Notes: generated by a model from the letters alone, not told the origin. Numbered from the stretch's first letter, positions 40,947 to 51,954 are shown. The stretch is 64,000 bases of DNA from an uncultured bacterium (GCA_963705505.1 CAVPJU010000008.1:129774-193773); one strand, 5' to 3'. Made by a program: numbers and translations.

Positions 40947-42167
40947 ATGAGCTCAAAGAAGGCGAATAGAATGCCCGAAGCGATACTCGTTATAAATTCA
41001 GGCTCGTCGAGCCTTAAATTCTCCGTCTTCATTGCGGATAACGACCTGAAACCCTGCCTCCGCGGTCAGATCGAAAGTTTGTTCACTGACCCTCATTTCA
41101 TTGCGCACGGCAGCGACGGAAATGTAATCGGAGAGAAGAGCTGGCCTCCCGGAACGAAGCTCGGCCACGAGGGAGCGATCGAATTCGTATTCGAATTCGG
41201 AAAGTCGGGCGTTATGGCCGGGCACACGATCGAAAGCGCCGGGCACAGGGTCGTCCACGGCGGGACTGAATTTACGGAGCCTGTCCTCGTAGATGAAAAC
41301 GTAATCGAGAGTCTTCAAAAGCTCATCCCGCTCGCTCCCCTCCATCAGCCCTACAACCTCGAAGCGATCAGGGCTATTATGAAAAGGACGCCGGACTTCC
41401 CGCAGGTAGCGTGCTTCGACACGTCGTTCCACAGCACTCAAACACATTTGGAGCGGACCTATGCGATCCCGAGGAATTATACCGCGGCGGGCGTAAAACG
41501 TTACGGGTTCCACGGCCTGTCATACGAATATATAACCTCCGTCCTGCCGCAGTATGACGGGAAGCTCGCCTCGGGCCGCGTCGTTATAGCACACCTCGGA
41601 AACGGTGCGAGCATGTGTGCCGTGAGGAATGGCAAAAGCGTCTCCAGCACGATGGGTTTCACGGCGGTGTGCGGGCTCCCGATGGGGACGCGCTCAGGAA
41701 CTTTGGACCCGGGCGTCCTCATCTACATGATGGACCGCTACGGGATGGACGCGCGCGGCATCGAGAACCTCATATACAACGAATCGGGACTCCTGGGAGT
41801 ATCGGGCATCTCGAGCGATATGCGCACGCTGCTCGCAAGCGAGGACCCTCGCGCAAAAGAAGCGGTCGACCTCTTTATTTACAGGATAGGCCGCGAGCTC
41901 GGCTCGCTCGCCGCTGCTTTGGACGGCATAGACGGGATAGTGTTTACGGGAGGCATAGGCGAGAACGCAGCCGTCATAAGAGAAAGGGTATGCCTGGACG
42001 CAGGGTGGCTCGGCATAGAGCTCGACAAACACTCAAACGAAGCCGGGGGGCCCAGGATAAGCAGAGAGGGGAGCAAGGTTTCAGCATGGGTTATACCGAC
42101 GAATGAGGAATTGATCATAGCCGCCCACACCAAAGGTCTCCTAGAATCGCGGAGAGGCCGGCAGTAA
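40947..42167 (+). CDS. ackA: Acetate/propionate kinase
   Basis: INSGSSSLK, GHRVVHGG, APLHQ, FDTSFH, YGFHG, HLGNG, FTGGIGEN, TNEE motifs. Confidence 0.95.
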   Translation: MSSKKANRMPEAILVINSGSSSLKFSVFIADNDLKPCLRGQIESLFTDPHFIAHGSDGNVIGEKSWPPGTKLGHEGAIEFVFEFGKSGVMAGHTIESAGHRVVHGGTEFTEPVLVDENVIESLQKLIPLAPLHQPYNLEAIRAIMKRTPDFPQVACFDTSFHSTQTHLERTYAIPRNYTAAGVKRYGFHGLSYEYITSVLPQYDGKLASGRVVIAHLGNGASMCAVRNGKSVSSTMGFTAVCGLPMGTRSGTLDPGVLIYMMDRYGMDARGIENLIYNESGLLGVSGISSDMRTLLASEDPRAKEAVDLFIYRIGRELGSLAAALDGIDGIVFTGGIGENAAVIRERVCLDAGWLGIELDKHSNEAGGPRISREGSKVSAWVIPTNEELIIAAHTKGLLESRRGRQ

Positions 42168-42399
42168 TATCCGATAATTAATTTGAAAAAACCGCTGCAG
42201 GTCGGCTCTCTTTATATCCCCGTCAGCATCTTCCCCAGCAGTCGTCCGGAGCTCAGCGCCGCACACGCTGTCCCCGGGCCGAGCGCGGCTCCGATGACAG
42301 GTTTAAACCCGGAACCGGGAAGCAATTAATTTCCCGCGCCCGTTCATAAAACTACGCCTCTTTAATAAAGCGGGTTTAAACTCGTAACAAGTCAACATA

Positions 42400-42672
42400 T
42401 CAGTATTCGACATATATTTCGTCTTCATAACACCATGCCCATCTTTCGCCGCGTTCAGCCGATATGACTATCGGGTGGCCCGTCTCCCTGAAGTGTTTTG
42501 TAGCGTGTTTATTCTTCGAGGTATCACAGCAGTACACTCCTCCGCACGTCTGGCAAGCCCTTAGATGGAACCACGTATCCCCCATCTCGACGCATTTCTC
42601 GCAGACGTGTGTTTTGGGAGGAATGAGCTGCCACTCGCTGAAGTGCTCGCAAAGGTCTTTACCGGATGACAT
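42400..42672 (-). CDS. UBP-type zinc finger protein
   Basis: C.H, CEKC, HLRACQTCG...CCD...HA..H pattern. Confidence 0.85.
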   Translation of the reverse strand: MSSGKDLCEHFSEWQLIPPKTHVCEKCVEMGDTWFHLRACQTCGGVYCCDTSKNKHATKHFRETGHPIVISAERGERWAWCYEDEIYVEY

Positions 42673-42699
42673 ATTATTCTCCTCTCTATAAGTGACGGA

Positions 42700-44364
42700 T
42701 CACGATCTGTTTATATATTCGTGTATGAATTTGATTGCCATAGACCCTTCACCGACGGCTGAAGCGACCCGGTTCATTGCGCCCGACCTGACGTCTCCGG
42801 CCGCGAATATACCGGGGATACTCGACTCCAAAAGATAAGGGCTGCGGTCCAGTTTCCAGATCGAATTAAAATTCTCATAGTTAAATAGGTCTCTGCCCGT
42901 CTCGATATAACCTCTTTCGTTCTTTATGAGATTCAGTTTTATCCAGTCCGTGAACGGGCGTGTCCCTATGAATATGAATAGTGACTGAGTTTCAACCGTA
43001 CTTCTCTCTCCGGTATCCAGTTTCTCGAGCACGAGGCTTTCCAGCCTACCGTCCCCTTTGACTTCGACGACTTGCGTTTTATTCAGAACGGAAATATTCT
43101 GCGTATGCGAAATCTGTTCTATTAAATATGTCGACATTGAAAAGCTTAGTGAATCGCCTCTGATCAGAATGAACACCCTCTTCGCAAATTTCGATAAATA
43201 CATTGCAGACTGACCGGCGGAATTCCCGCCTCCGACTACGTATACGTCTTTACCTTTACAGGCGTGCGCTTCGGTTCTGCAAGACCCGTAGTAGATGCCC
43301 GCGCCGGTAAAGTCATTAATGCTTTCAGCATCAAGTCGCCTGTAATCGACACCTGACGCGATTATCACACTTTTCGCATTTATATCTTTCCCGTCCGAAA
43401 GCTTAATGATCTTGTACATATCTTTCAGCTGTATATCCATAACTTCCTGAGGTGTAAGGAATTCAGCGCCCAGTCTCGTAGCCTGCGTAATAGCGCGGCG
43501 TGTCAGCTCCGTGCCGCTCAGACCGTTCGGAAATCCGAGATAATTTTCTATCCTTGAGCTCGTACCCGCCTGGCCGCCCGGGGCTTTCTTTTCGATGAGA
43601 AGAGTTTTCAAACCTTCAGACGCCCCGTATACAGCGGCTGCCAGTCCCGCAGGACCGGCTCCGATTATTACAACGTCATATACCTCCTGAGAAGCCTCAG
43701 ATTTCAAACCAATCTTACGCGCCAGAGACGTGACGGCGGGGTCCGTCATATACGATCCGTCTTCAAAAAAAACCGCGGGCAAGTCTTTGTTGTCAATCCC
43801 TGAGACAGTTATCAGTTCTTTTGCTTTCTCATTTGATTCTATGTCGAGCCACAGATAGGGGATCAGATTGCCGGCCAGAAATTCTTTAATCGCATGCGAG
43901 CGGGGCGACCATTGATAACCGACTACTTTGATCCCTTCAAAGTCCGGTTTATATGCGGCCTGCCAGTCTTCCAGCAGATCGTTCAGAATCGGATAGAGCT
44001 TCTCATCCGGCGGGTCCCAGGGCTTCATCAAATAGTAATCCAACTGGACGTCGTTAATAGCCCTTATAGCGGAGTCGGTGTCCGAATAGGCCGTGAGCAG
44101 CACCCTTTTAGCGTCGGGATAAACGTCTTTTGCGAGTGTGAGAAAATCTACCCCCGACATCTCTGGCATTCTCTGGTCGGAAACGAAAAGGGCGGTTATC
44201 TCATTTTTAAGCTTTAATTTCTTTAAGCTTTCAAAGGCCTCTTTCCCGGACTGAGCAGTTATTATCCTGTAATCTTTTCTATAATACTTTCTAAGGTCCC
44301 TTTCGATGGCTCTCAATACCTGAGTGTCGTCATCTATCGCGAAAATCATGGGTTTTTTCATCAT
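42700..44364 (-). CDS. Response-regulator receiver fused to a thioredoxin-reductase-like FAD oxidoreductase
   Basis: REC domain (DD, SDQRMP, KPW), glutaredoxin-like linker, GAGPAG, IENYLGFP, GGGNSA, AAGDVR. Confidence 0.9.
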   Translation of the reverse strand: MMKKPMIFAIDDDTQVLRAIERDLRKYYRKDYRIITAQSGKEAFESLKKLKLKNEITALFVSDQRMPEMSGVDFLTLAKDVYPDAKRVLLTAYSDTDSAIRAINDVQLDYYLMKPWDPPDEKLYPILNDLLEDWQAAYKPDFEGIKVVGYQWSPRSHAIKEFLAGNLIPYLWLDIESNEKAKELITVSGIDNKDLPAVFFEDGSYMTDPAVTSLARKIGLKSEASQEVYDVVIIGAGPAGLAAAVYGASEGLKTLLIEKKAPGGQAGTSSRIENYLGFPNGLSGTELTRRAITQATRLGAEFLTPQEVMDIQLKDMYKIIKLSDGKDINAKSVIIASGVDYRRLDAESINDFTGAGIYYGSCRTEAHACKGKDVYVVGGGNSAGQSAMYLSKFAKRVFILIRGDSLSFSMSTYLIEQISHTQNISVLNKTQVVEVKGDGRLESLVLEKLDTGERSTVETQSLFIFIGTRPFTDWIKLNLIKNERGYIETGRDLFNYENFNSIWKLDRSPYLLESSIPGIFAAGDVRSGAMNRVASAVGEGSMAIKFIHEYINRS

Positions 44365-44400
44365 GCGGCGTTTCCTCTATATCGGCAGAAGGAGATGGGC

Positions 44401-45801
44401 CTATAAATCGACAGGCAGACAAATGGAAAATTTTGTAAAACCCGGCTTGGATTCGAAGCCTATGCTCCCTTTATGCTGATTAACTATAATACGGTAAGTT
44501 ATCTCGAGACCCAGCCCCGACCCTTCGCCCGGGGCTTTTGTCGTAAAAAACGGGTCAAAGATCTTATCCTGCACTTCCGGCGGGATGCCTTCGCCGTTGT
44601 CAATTATTTCCACATTTACGGTATCGGAATTGTTATTGTTCAATCCGGTCCTGATGGTAATTATTCCATTGTCGGGTACGGCATCAATCGAATTGTCGAT
44701 CAGATTAGTCCAGACCTGATTGAGCTCAACGCCGTATGCGGATATCTTAGGAATATTGTCATCAAATTCCTTTTTCACGGTTATGTTCTTTTTTTTCAGT
44801 TTGTGGTTGAGGATGATAAGAGTATTTTCTATGCCTTCGCGTAAATCAATCTTCCTCTTTTCATGTGTCTTGTCCATGTAAGAATAAGATTTCATCGCCG
44901 AAACCAGCTCCGAGATTCTGGACGTGCTTTCGACGAGCTCCCCCGCAAGCTTCCGCATTTCAACGTCTCTCGGGAGCCAGTTTAAAAAATTGACTATCTG
45001 ATCCGGTTTTAATTTCTCTGAAAAATCTCCGAGTATCTCTTTCGTATAACCGACCGATACGAGGATTGAAGCGAGCTCCCACGGGTCATCGATGCCCCGC
45101 TCTTCCATCCAGTCCGCCAATTCGTCCTCTAATTCATTCCGCTCCAATGCGTCAAGCTCCACACCGTTTATGTCTATGACTTCTTCGATCGGCTGAAACG
45201 GAAAACCTTCTTTATCGACGTCGTCTTTGAACATGTAGTATTTAAGGATTTCCGTGGAGAAGATATCGAATTCATGAATTGTGCTCGCCAGATTCTCCGC
45301 TGTCCTTTTCGCCGCTGAAGCCGGATTATTCAGTTCATGAGCGAGACCGGCGGCCATCGTTCCGAGCGACGCGAGCTTTTCTCTTTGAAAAGACAGGTGT
45401 GTTAATTCGAACATCCTGCTCGACATGTTGGACAATATTTTCTTTCTCACTGTCGAGCAATTGCCCAACATATACCAGAAATCGCTCTCATCGATACTGA
45501 ATATTTTCATATCCGTTACAGCCATCCCGTTTGCCATATGCTGACTTCCCGAGAGTAACGGCACCTCACCGCCGGACATCCCCTTTGTAAAGTGTCCGAT
45601 CTGAAGTTTTTCTCCTTTGATAACCCTGTAAATTTCGAGCGTACCCTCCAGAAAAATAAAAAAGCTCCCGGCATTATCACCCTCGGTAAAAAGATGATCC
45701 CCTTTTTTTAATTCTACCAATACACCTCTTACATCTTCGTCCAATTCTTCATCTGTAATATCGGAAAACAGGTCGACGTCCTTCAGTTCTTTTATAATCA
45801 T
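44401..45801 (-). CDS. Soluble histidine kinase with N-terminal cyclic-nucleotide-binding domain
   Basis: cNMP-like N-terminus, AHELNNP H-box, N box, DNGEGI, FFTTK, GSGLGL. Confidence 0.9.
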   Translation of the reverse strand: MIIKELKDVDLFSDITDEELDEDVRGVLVELKKGDHLFTEGDNAGSFFIFLEGTLEIYRVIKGEKLQIGHFTKGMSGGEVPLLSGSQHMANGMAVTDMKIFSIDESDFWYMLGNCSTVRKKILSNMSSRMFELTHLSFQREKLASLGTMAAGLAHELNNPASAAKRTAENLASTIHEFDIFSTEILKYYMFKDDVDKEGFPFQPIEEVIDINGVELDALERNELEDELADWMEERGIDDPWELASILVSVGYTKEILGDFSEKLKPDQIVNFLNWLPRDVEMRKLAGELVESTSRISELVSAMKSYSYMDKTHEKRKIDLREGIENTLIILNHKLKKKNITVKKEFDDNIPKISAYGVELNQVWTNLIDNSIDAVPDNGIITIRTGLNNNNSDTVNVEIIDNGEGIPPEVQDKIFDPFFTTKAPGEGSGLGLEITYRIIVNQHKGSIGFESKPGFTKFSICLPVDL

Positions 45802-45965
45802 AGGCGTGAACTCACTTAAGCGTGATATGAGCTGAATATCTTAAGCATTTACCCCTTATAATAGCATATAGCAAACGGGGCTCTTAACTAATAAGTCTAA
45901 GAAATTATATAAAAAAGCAAGCCCTTTTATTTTTCACAGACGAGACTGTCGAGTGATGAGAGTGT

Positions 45966-47213
45966 TCATCGGGAAGAAGCCCTGCGCGCCTTAATGCTAT
46001 CTATCAATGCCAAATATGATTTCAGATGAGGTTCCGCGCTCCACATACGGAGATAGCATTCATAACCCATCACGCCAAGCTCCTCCCTCAATGAGGGCTC
46101 GCTTAGCAGCCTGTCCATCACGCTTACAAGCTCCCGCTCCGAGTCATACACAAACCCCCCTCCGCTCTCTTCCATAAGCTCGGGGAGTCCGCCGATATTA
46201 TTTACTATGACCGGAGTTTTCTCCCTGAAAGCTTCGAATACCACGAGAGGTGAAATTTCGTAGTTTATAGACGGCACTATAAGAGCAGTTGCCGTTTTAT
46301 ACAGCTTCCTCAACTCATGAGGAGATAGGTGCCCGATTAAATCTATGTTCTCTATTCCCCGAGAGAGTTCACGCATTTCGTTCTCGTATCCCCCTTTGCC
46401 GGCAATCACGAGCCTGGCTTTCTTATACCTGCTGAATACAGGTATGAGATTTTGGACGCCCTTTAATTTCTCGATCCTTCCGGCATACAAAAAGAAAGGC
46501 TCTTTCGGAAAAGATATGTCGTATCCGCCGCCCCGCTCGGTCGAATAGTAATCTTCAGGGATAAAATTCGGGATGTGGTATATGGGCACACCCAAACCCT
46601 TTTTTTCGTGCAGCTTTTTGCTGAACATGCTCGGGCTTATTATGGCGTCCAATTTGCTCAACGAGTTTTCCATGAGGCCGCTGTATCTCCAGAGCTGAGG
46701 CGGGCGTTTCTGGACGAGCTGGCAGACAAAGCAGTGAGGCTTTTCGCACGTTGCCCTGTTGAACCTCATGAGCACGTGAGTCGGGCAGAGGAGCCAGTAT
46801 TCATGCATCGTGTAGAGCTTGATCCCCTCCCCGTACTCTATTACCTTCGGCCCCCCCACGAGCGAAATATTGTGAAAGTGTATTACATCGAAGCCCTTAT
46901 TCAGTATCTCTTTAATCCGTCCCGATTTAAAAAAAGGATAGCCCGTCTGCTGTGTGGCGAGTGGAGAGAGAAATCCGTATTTACTCTTGAGACCGTAAAG
47001 CTCGACATTCGGATGGTTCTCGTATACGGCGCCCGGTTCTTTCCCGGCCATTATGCCGTAAGAATCGATACAGTGAATGACCGTTACGTGATGACCCCTC
47101 CGGGCGAGCTCGTTTGAAAGCTGCCAGACATAGACCGCGTCCCCTCCGAAGCTCCGGGGAGGGTAGAAAGTCGTGATCATGCAGAACCTGAGCTGCTTGA
47201 GGGTAGAACTCAT
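45966..47213 (-). CDS. Glycosyltransferase family 4
   Basis: YPP..GG, GRIEKLKG, E.SP.V..EA motifs. Confidence 0.88.
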   Translation of the reverse strand: MSSTLKQLRFCMITTFYPPRSFGGDAVYVWQLSNELARRGHHVTVIHCIDSYGIMAGKEPGAVYENHPNVELYGLKSKYGFLSPLATQQTGYPFFKSGRIKEILNKGFDVIHFHNISLVGGPKVIEYGEGIKLYTMHEYWLLCPTHVLMRFNRATCEKPHCFVCQLVQKRPPQLWRYSGLMENSLSKLDAIISPSMFSKKLHEKKGLGVPIYHIPNFIPEDYYSTERGGGYDISFPKEPFFLYAGRIEKLKGVQNLIPVFSRYKKARLVIAGKGGYENEMRELSRGIENIDLIGHLSPHELRKLYKTATALIVPSINYEISPLVVFEAFREKTPVIVNNIGGLPELMEESGGGFVYDSERELVSVMDRLLSEPSLREELGVMGYECYLRMWSAEPHLKSYLALIDSIKARRASSR

Positions 47214-47965
47214 CTTACGCCTAACCTGCGCCTGATTGTACGCGGAATATTACGCAACAGAATATATAAGGGGAATGTTTTCGTCAGCATAAGATCGAAG
47301 AGCTTCTCCCCCCTTAAGTAGTAAGCGTCCACACGCTCGAGAGCGTAGAGACGGCTTTCCTCCGTCAATAAGCCTAGTTTATCAGAACAGGCGCATTTAA
47401 AATTCTGTCCCGCGATTTCAAGACTCTTCTCGTCATACCTGCCATAGGGATAGGCGAAGGACAAAACAGGGACACCCAGATTGTCCTCGATGATATCCTT
47501 AGATCCCTTTATCTCGTATCCGACGGCGGCCGTATCGAGTGCGGTAAGGTCCGGGTGCGAAATAGTGTGAGCGCCGAAATCGATCCCTGCGTCTCTCATT
47601 ACTTTTATCTCTCCCCAGCTTAACATCTCGCTCCCGCTGAGCGGCGGCAGACGGTCATCCGGGCCCGATTTATGTGAGTCGCCCACGGTGAGAAATACAG
47701 TAGCCGTCATGCCGTGCTTCTCCAGGACAGGAAATGCCTCTTCGCATACGCTCCTGTAACCGTCGTCGAAGGTTACGACGAAAGATTTGTCCGGGAAGGG
47801 TTTACGCTCACGGATCAGCTCCGCTGCGTCGGTCAATTTAACCGTCCTGTAACCGTTACGGCGGAGCTTCTCCATTGAACGCCTGAACAATTCCGGGCTG
47901 AAAGATATAACCGAGCGGCTGTCGTCTATTTTATGAAAAGTCAAAACCGGAAGATATGCGGCCAT
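47210..47965 (-). CDS. Polysaccharide deacetylase
   Basis: TFDDGY, HTISH, FAYPYG motifs; overlaps the GT4 by 4 bp. Confidence 0.9.
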   Translation of the reverse strand: MAAYLPVLTFHKIDDSRSVISFSPELFRRSMEKLRRNGYRTVKLTDAAELIRERKPFPDKSFVVTFDDGYRSVCEEAFPVLEKHGMTATVFLTVGDSHKSGPDDRLPPLSGSEMLSWGEIKVMRDAGIDFGAHTISHPDLTALDTAAVGYEIKGSKDIIEDNLGVPVLSFAYPYGRYDEKSLEIAGQNFKCACSDKLGLLTEESRLYALERVDAYYLRGEKLFDLMLTKTFPLYILLRNIPRTIRRRLGVR

Positions 47966-48200
47966 CTGTTTTTCACATCCTTACAATTGCTCGATCAGAC
48001 AGTAGTATCTAACAGAGCGCGAATAAAGGCAATATTGATTCAATTTGAAACCATTGCAAGGAATCCGAAACTGGAATTTCCAAACCATTCATGCGGGAAT
48101 TCGTCCCCAGTGTTCCATTAAGTTATTGTGAGGATGAAGGCATTCCGGGAATGACTATTTAAACAAAGGGAAACGGTTGATCCTTATGAATCACTTCATT

Positions 48201-49784
48201 CTAATTGCGGGTTCCCTTGAGGATATGAAGGGGTAAGATTTTCGCGGAAGCTGTAGTATAAGGCTCCCTGCGGACTACGCGCAGGGTATTGCCCTGTAGC
48301 CATGCGTCCGACATTATGTCTCCTCCCGGATAGGGCTGCAAGGCTTGAAACACAGCAGTTACGACAGTGTTTTCATCAACGTCACCCACCCTGGGACTCA
48401 CAACGATATTCACCTTTGGCAGACCTCCCTCTTCTTCCTCGACCAGCTGGTAGTCGGTGGGGCTGCCCCCGAAGCGGCCGGGGAGGACCTCCTCGAGGAG
48501 CCGAAGCAGCTCGGTACCGAGAAAGCTCACGCCCTCGCTCGTAAGCTTGTCGTAGCTCCTTATGCCCGAGAGGTGTGTGGAATAACCGAGTCCCCCGATG
48601 CCGCATCCGCAGTCCCTCTCTTCCAAAATCCCGTAGTCGTCGCTCTCGACGTTGAGCATCAGCTTGGGACAGAGCGGGAGCACCGTGGTATATAACAGGG
48701 CCCCTATCGTCAGCCCGTCCGCTCCTATCTGTCTCGGCAGCTGTATCACGGCTATTTTATCGGTAAGAAGGTGGACCTCGTCGAGCTGCCGGGCGTCAGC
48801 GCAGGCAAGTCCAAGCGTGCCGACCTCGGTCATGGAGTAATGACAACAAGCCCGGCAGCCGGCGTCATCCACTATCTTTGCCTTGGCCTCGGTGTAAGGC
48901 TCTCCTCCGAAGCGAAAGAAAGTGTCCGAGATGTCGAGTCCCCTTTCCCCGGCTGCAAGGCATAACCTCACACCGGAGCTTACATTCGTATCCATGAGAG
49001 CAGGCTTTCCCTCCCTCTTTTTTCCCGCGAGCCAGTCCGCTATCCTCGGAGCATCCGCGAGCGAGACGTATTCGGGCACTGGCAGAGGATTTCCGAAAAT
49101 CCCGCTTGCGAGGAGAGTATATTTCGTGAAGGTGTAGAACTTCATGTTTTTAAGGCTGAACGAGAGCCTGCTCTGGGAGAACCACTTCTCGACCGGCAGC
49201 CCCAGCTTTGCGTAGCGGAGCACGAGCTTCATCCCCGCCGCGACCGGCGGAATCTCACGCCAAGCTACGCGCGGTCTGCCGGAGAGGCCGAAGGCGTCGA
49301 GAAATTCGTAGAAGTAAGCAGCCTCATGTGTGAGCAGATCGAGGTCGATGATAATTCTCGTGCCGGCGCTCCTCGACCCGCTGCTCCTCGCTTCATAGAA
49401 CCTGGCAAGGAAGGGGTTGTCGAAATCAGACGGCTCGGTTGAAAACTCGAGGCCGGGACGCGTCACCGGCTTACGTCCTTTAAATTCATCGAGCGTTACG
49501 TAAACACCTTCTTTATGCAGATTAGAGAGCGCCCCCTCGACGCCGTGACGCTTCACCTGCTCCGCGACGTCCCCGAACTCGGCCCCTGCGTGCCGGAGCA
49601 GCTTCGCGTATGGGCTTCTGGGGTTACCGTAAATGCCGGATTTCAGAATCTGCAGAAAGGACTCCTCCCTCCTCGCAAGCTGCGCAGTGAGCATGGTCCG
49701 GCAATCGGCAGGCGTTAAGGTATTGCGGAAAAAGTCCCTCAATCCCCACGCATACCTCCCGAATATTTTGAGATCATCGAGCAT
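48201..49784 (-). CDS. Phenylacetate-CoA ligase/CapK-like adenylate-forming protein
   Basis: SSGSRS (TSG-like), YSMTEVG, SDDYG, GIRSYD; ATG 49784 with GGAGA SD (ORF track starts 49946). Confidence 0.6.
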   Translation of the reverse strand: MLDDLKIFGRYAWGLRDFFRNTLTPADCRTMLTAQLARREESFLQILKSGIYGNPRSPYAKLLRHAGAEFGDVAEQVKRHGVEGALSNLHKEGVYVTLDEFKGRKPVTRPGLEFSTEPSDFDNPFLARFYEARSSGSRSAGTRIIIDLDLLTHEAAYFYEFLDAFGLSGRPRVAWREIPPVAAGMKLVLRYAKLGLPVEKWFSQSRLSFSLKNMKFYTFTKYTLLASGIFGNPLPVPEYVSLADAPRIADWLAGKKREGKPALMDTNVSSGVRLCLAAGERGLDISDTFFRFGGEPYTEAKAKIVDDAGCRACCHYSMTEVGTLGLACADARQLDEVHLLTDKIAVIQLPRQIGADGLTIGALLYTTVLPLCPKLMLNVESDDYGILEERDCGCGIGGLGYSTHLSGIRSYDKLTSEGVSFLGTELLRLLEEVLPGRFGGSPTDYQLVEEEEGGLPKVNIVVSPRVGDVDENTVVTAVFQALQPYPGGDIMSDAWLQGNTLRVVRREPYTTASAKILPLHILKGTRN

Positions 49785-49846
49785 AGCGGCTCTCCATAAT
49801 CGGTCGTGTGTGTTCAGTGCGAAATACAATACCGGACGGCAGCATA

Positions 49847-50866
49847 TTACTTCCCCGCCTTTCCGGGGAGCCTCCCTAAAAACCTCCTGGCATTCAGACG
49901 ATAGCGTATTGCCGCCCACCTCATAAGCAAAACGTCCGGGAGCCACAGCGTCTTTCTTTTTCTTCCCAGCTGTTTACTGATAAAAGAGAAGAAATTATGA
50001 ACCCGCCACATGATTTTTTCGGGGGCAGTAATCGGACGGGCAAGCCCTTCAGTCTCGTATCCGAGTTCCCGAAGAAGGTCACCGGCCACGGACTCGAAAA
50101 TAACCCGGTCGCCTGCGGGCATCTCTTTTTTCCACCTCCCCTCATCCGAGCTGCCCATTCCCTTCATGGAATTGGTTATCTCCGATAGATTACCGTACAT
50201 GAGCGACGCGGCCTCCGGCTGGATCTGATTAACATTTAATACCTTCTCCGAGTAAGGTTCATCAAGGAACCCGCATACGACACCCATCGTTTCGCGGGTG
50301 TGATCGATAAGGGACTCAAAACTCACTTCAATATACCTGCCCGGTCCGGCCTCCCTGCCCGCACGACGGCCTGCGCTCACAAGCCGCTTCCAGGAAGTGG
50401 CGGCAACGAAAACATTTCCCGGTCCGTACCACCTCCCCATCGAGATGAGCGCAACGTCCCTCCCGTCGCGATAGATGTGAATTATCTTGCAGGACGGGAA
50501 TAACTCGATCAGAGTCGGTATCTCCGCCAAATACTGCGGAGTCTTGTCCCCCCAGCGGGGCTTGTTTTCTTTGCGCGCCCATTCCTCGAAAATCCGGGAT
50601 ACTATCTCCGCATAGCTGCGGCAGCCGGCAAACGAAGAGGGGTCGAGCGAAAGCCCGTAAGCCTTTACCCAATGGAGGTTCAGTATGATCTCGGCCAGTC
50701 TCACGGCTTCCCTGTCATTCTTCGGATTGCCGTAAGCTTTATAAAGCCAGGGGATGAACTGGGACTCCTGAGGGAACGTTATGTTCGGATGGGAACGCAG
50801 CAGGTCTCTTATCAGCTTCTCGCCGCTCTTGGGATACCCTACGATAAATATAGGGGATTTGGTCAT
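49847..50866 (-). CDS. Sulfotransferase family protein
   Basis: PIFIVG.PKSG, WGDKTP, IHIYRDGRDV, GRWK motifs. Confidence 0.85.
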   Translation of the reverse strand: MTKSPIFIVGYPKSGEKLIRDLLRSHPNITFPQESQFIPWLYKAYGNPKNDREAVRLAEIILNLHWVKAYGLSLDPSSFAGCRSYAEIVSRIFEEWARKENKPRWGDKTPQYLAEIPTLIELFPSCKIIHIYRDGRDVALISMGRWYGPGNVFVAATSWKRLVSAGRRAGREAGPGRYIEVSFESLIDHTRETMGVVCGFLDEPYSEKVLNVNQIQPEAASLMYGNLSEITNSMKGMGSSDEGRWKKEMPAGDRVIFESVAGDLLRELGYETEGLARPITAPEKIMWRVHNFFSFISKQLGRKRKTLWLPDVLLMRWAAIRYRLNARRFLGRLPGKAGK

Positions 50867-50935
50867 GGTCGAAGTACCGTTTCCGGCTTATCCGGTCTCA
50901 ACTCCGCACACGCTACCCGATGCCTTACGCTTTCG

Positions 50936-51919
50936 TTACTCAATGAACTCCTTTTCGAGGAGCATCTTCCTCAAGCGTGAGTCGCCCGGCTTGACCGGGT
51001 ACCTGACTTGTTTTAAAACGACATCGCCGAAGTCAGTCCTGCATGTGGACATATAGGCGAACATCATGAGATAACGCGGCTTGACCGCATTCCTGCTCCC
51101 GTAATGAAAGCATGCGCTGTTGTCCAGGAAAAGCACCGTCCCCGCAGGGTAGCAAAGCTTAATCAATTCGCTTTCGGGAACTATAGAATAGACCTTATCA
51201 TCGGATACACGGTGACCCCCCATCCTGGTGTGATAATTACCGAGCCCTCTGCATACTTTCTCCGATACGGACTTGGGCAGAAAACAGAAAGGCCCCATCT
51301 CAATCGTTACATCCCTTAGCAGGACAATCGCATACGCCATGGGCTTGTCGTGATAATCGAGATGAAAGAGCTGGCTCGCCCTCAGGGGCGCATCGGATGA
51401 GTTATCGAATTTGTTCCAGGACTCTATCAGCCTGACGCCATAGGGCATGGAGTAGGAAAGCATGGGAATGAAGCCCAGGTAACTGCATATAGTCGAAAGA
51501 ACATCGGAAGAAGTCGCGAAGTTCAGAATCGACGGGTATTTCTCGAAATGCTCTTCCTTGATCAGCTCCTGAAAAAAGGGCCTTCCGAAATCCTGACGCT
51601 TCACTCCGCCGCGTTCCTCTATGATCTTGTCAGACTCCGCAAGCAGCTCCCGAAGATAAGGCAGCTTCCCCGAAGTATCGATAGCCCATCCGTCTTTGAT
51701 CTCGTTGACGGGAGCGGACGGATTTCCGTTCTCCTCGATGAGCTTTCTGAAATTCTCTTGGTATTGCCTCTTTCTATACTCATGGTATTTGCCGAACCGC
51801 AGGGTGTTATAGGCCCTTGCGATCCTCGTCGTATTATCGACTCCTACCGCCTGCATCGAATCGCGCTCAAGGAGTTTTGCAACCGGTTTAATCGCGGCGT
51901 CCATGGCTTTTCCGATCAT
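50936..51919 (-). CDS. Putative PhyH-like Fe(II)/2OG dioxygenase
   Basis: SQLFHLD (HxD), MGPF, GTVLF.D...FHYGSR...R distal His and Arg. Confidence 0.6.
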   Translation of the reverse strand: MIGKAMDAAIKPVAKLLERDSMQAVGVDNTTRIARAYNTLRFGKYHEYRKRQYQENFRKLIEENGNPSAPVNEIKDGWAIDTSGKLPYLRELLAESDKIIEERGGVKRQDFGRPFFQELIKEEHFEKYPSILNFATSSDVLSTICSYLGFIPMLSYSMPYGVRLIESWNKFDNSSDAPLRASQLFHLDYHDKPMAYAIVLLRDVTIEMGPFCFLPKSVSEKVCRGLGNYHTRMGGHRVSDDKVYSIVPESELIKLCYPAGTVLFLDNSACFHYGSRNAVKPRYLMMFAYMSTCRTDFGDVVLKQVRYPVKPGDSRLRKMLLEKEFIE

Positions 51920-51954
51920 TTCATTCTCCCTCTCTCAATACTTCATTCCGAGTA

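Noticed and set aside
42301..42381. 11-bp inverted repeat GTTTAAACCCG / CGGGTTTAAAC
   Set aside because: Single occurrence, no target duplication or transposase; cannot be assigned
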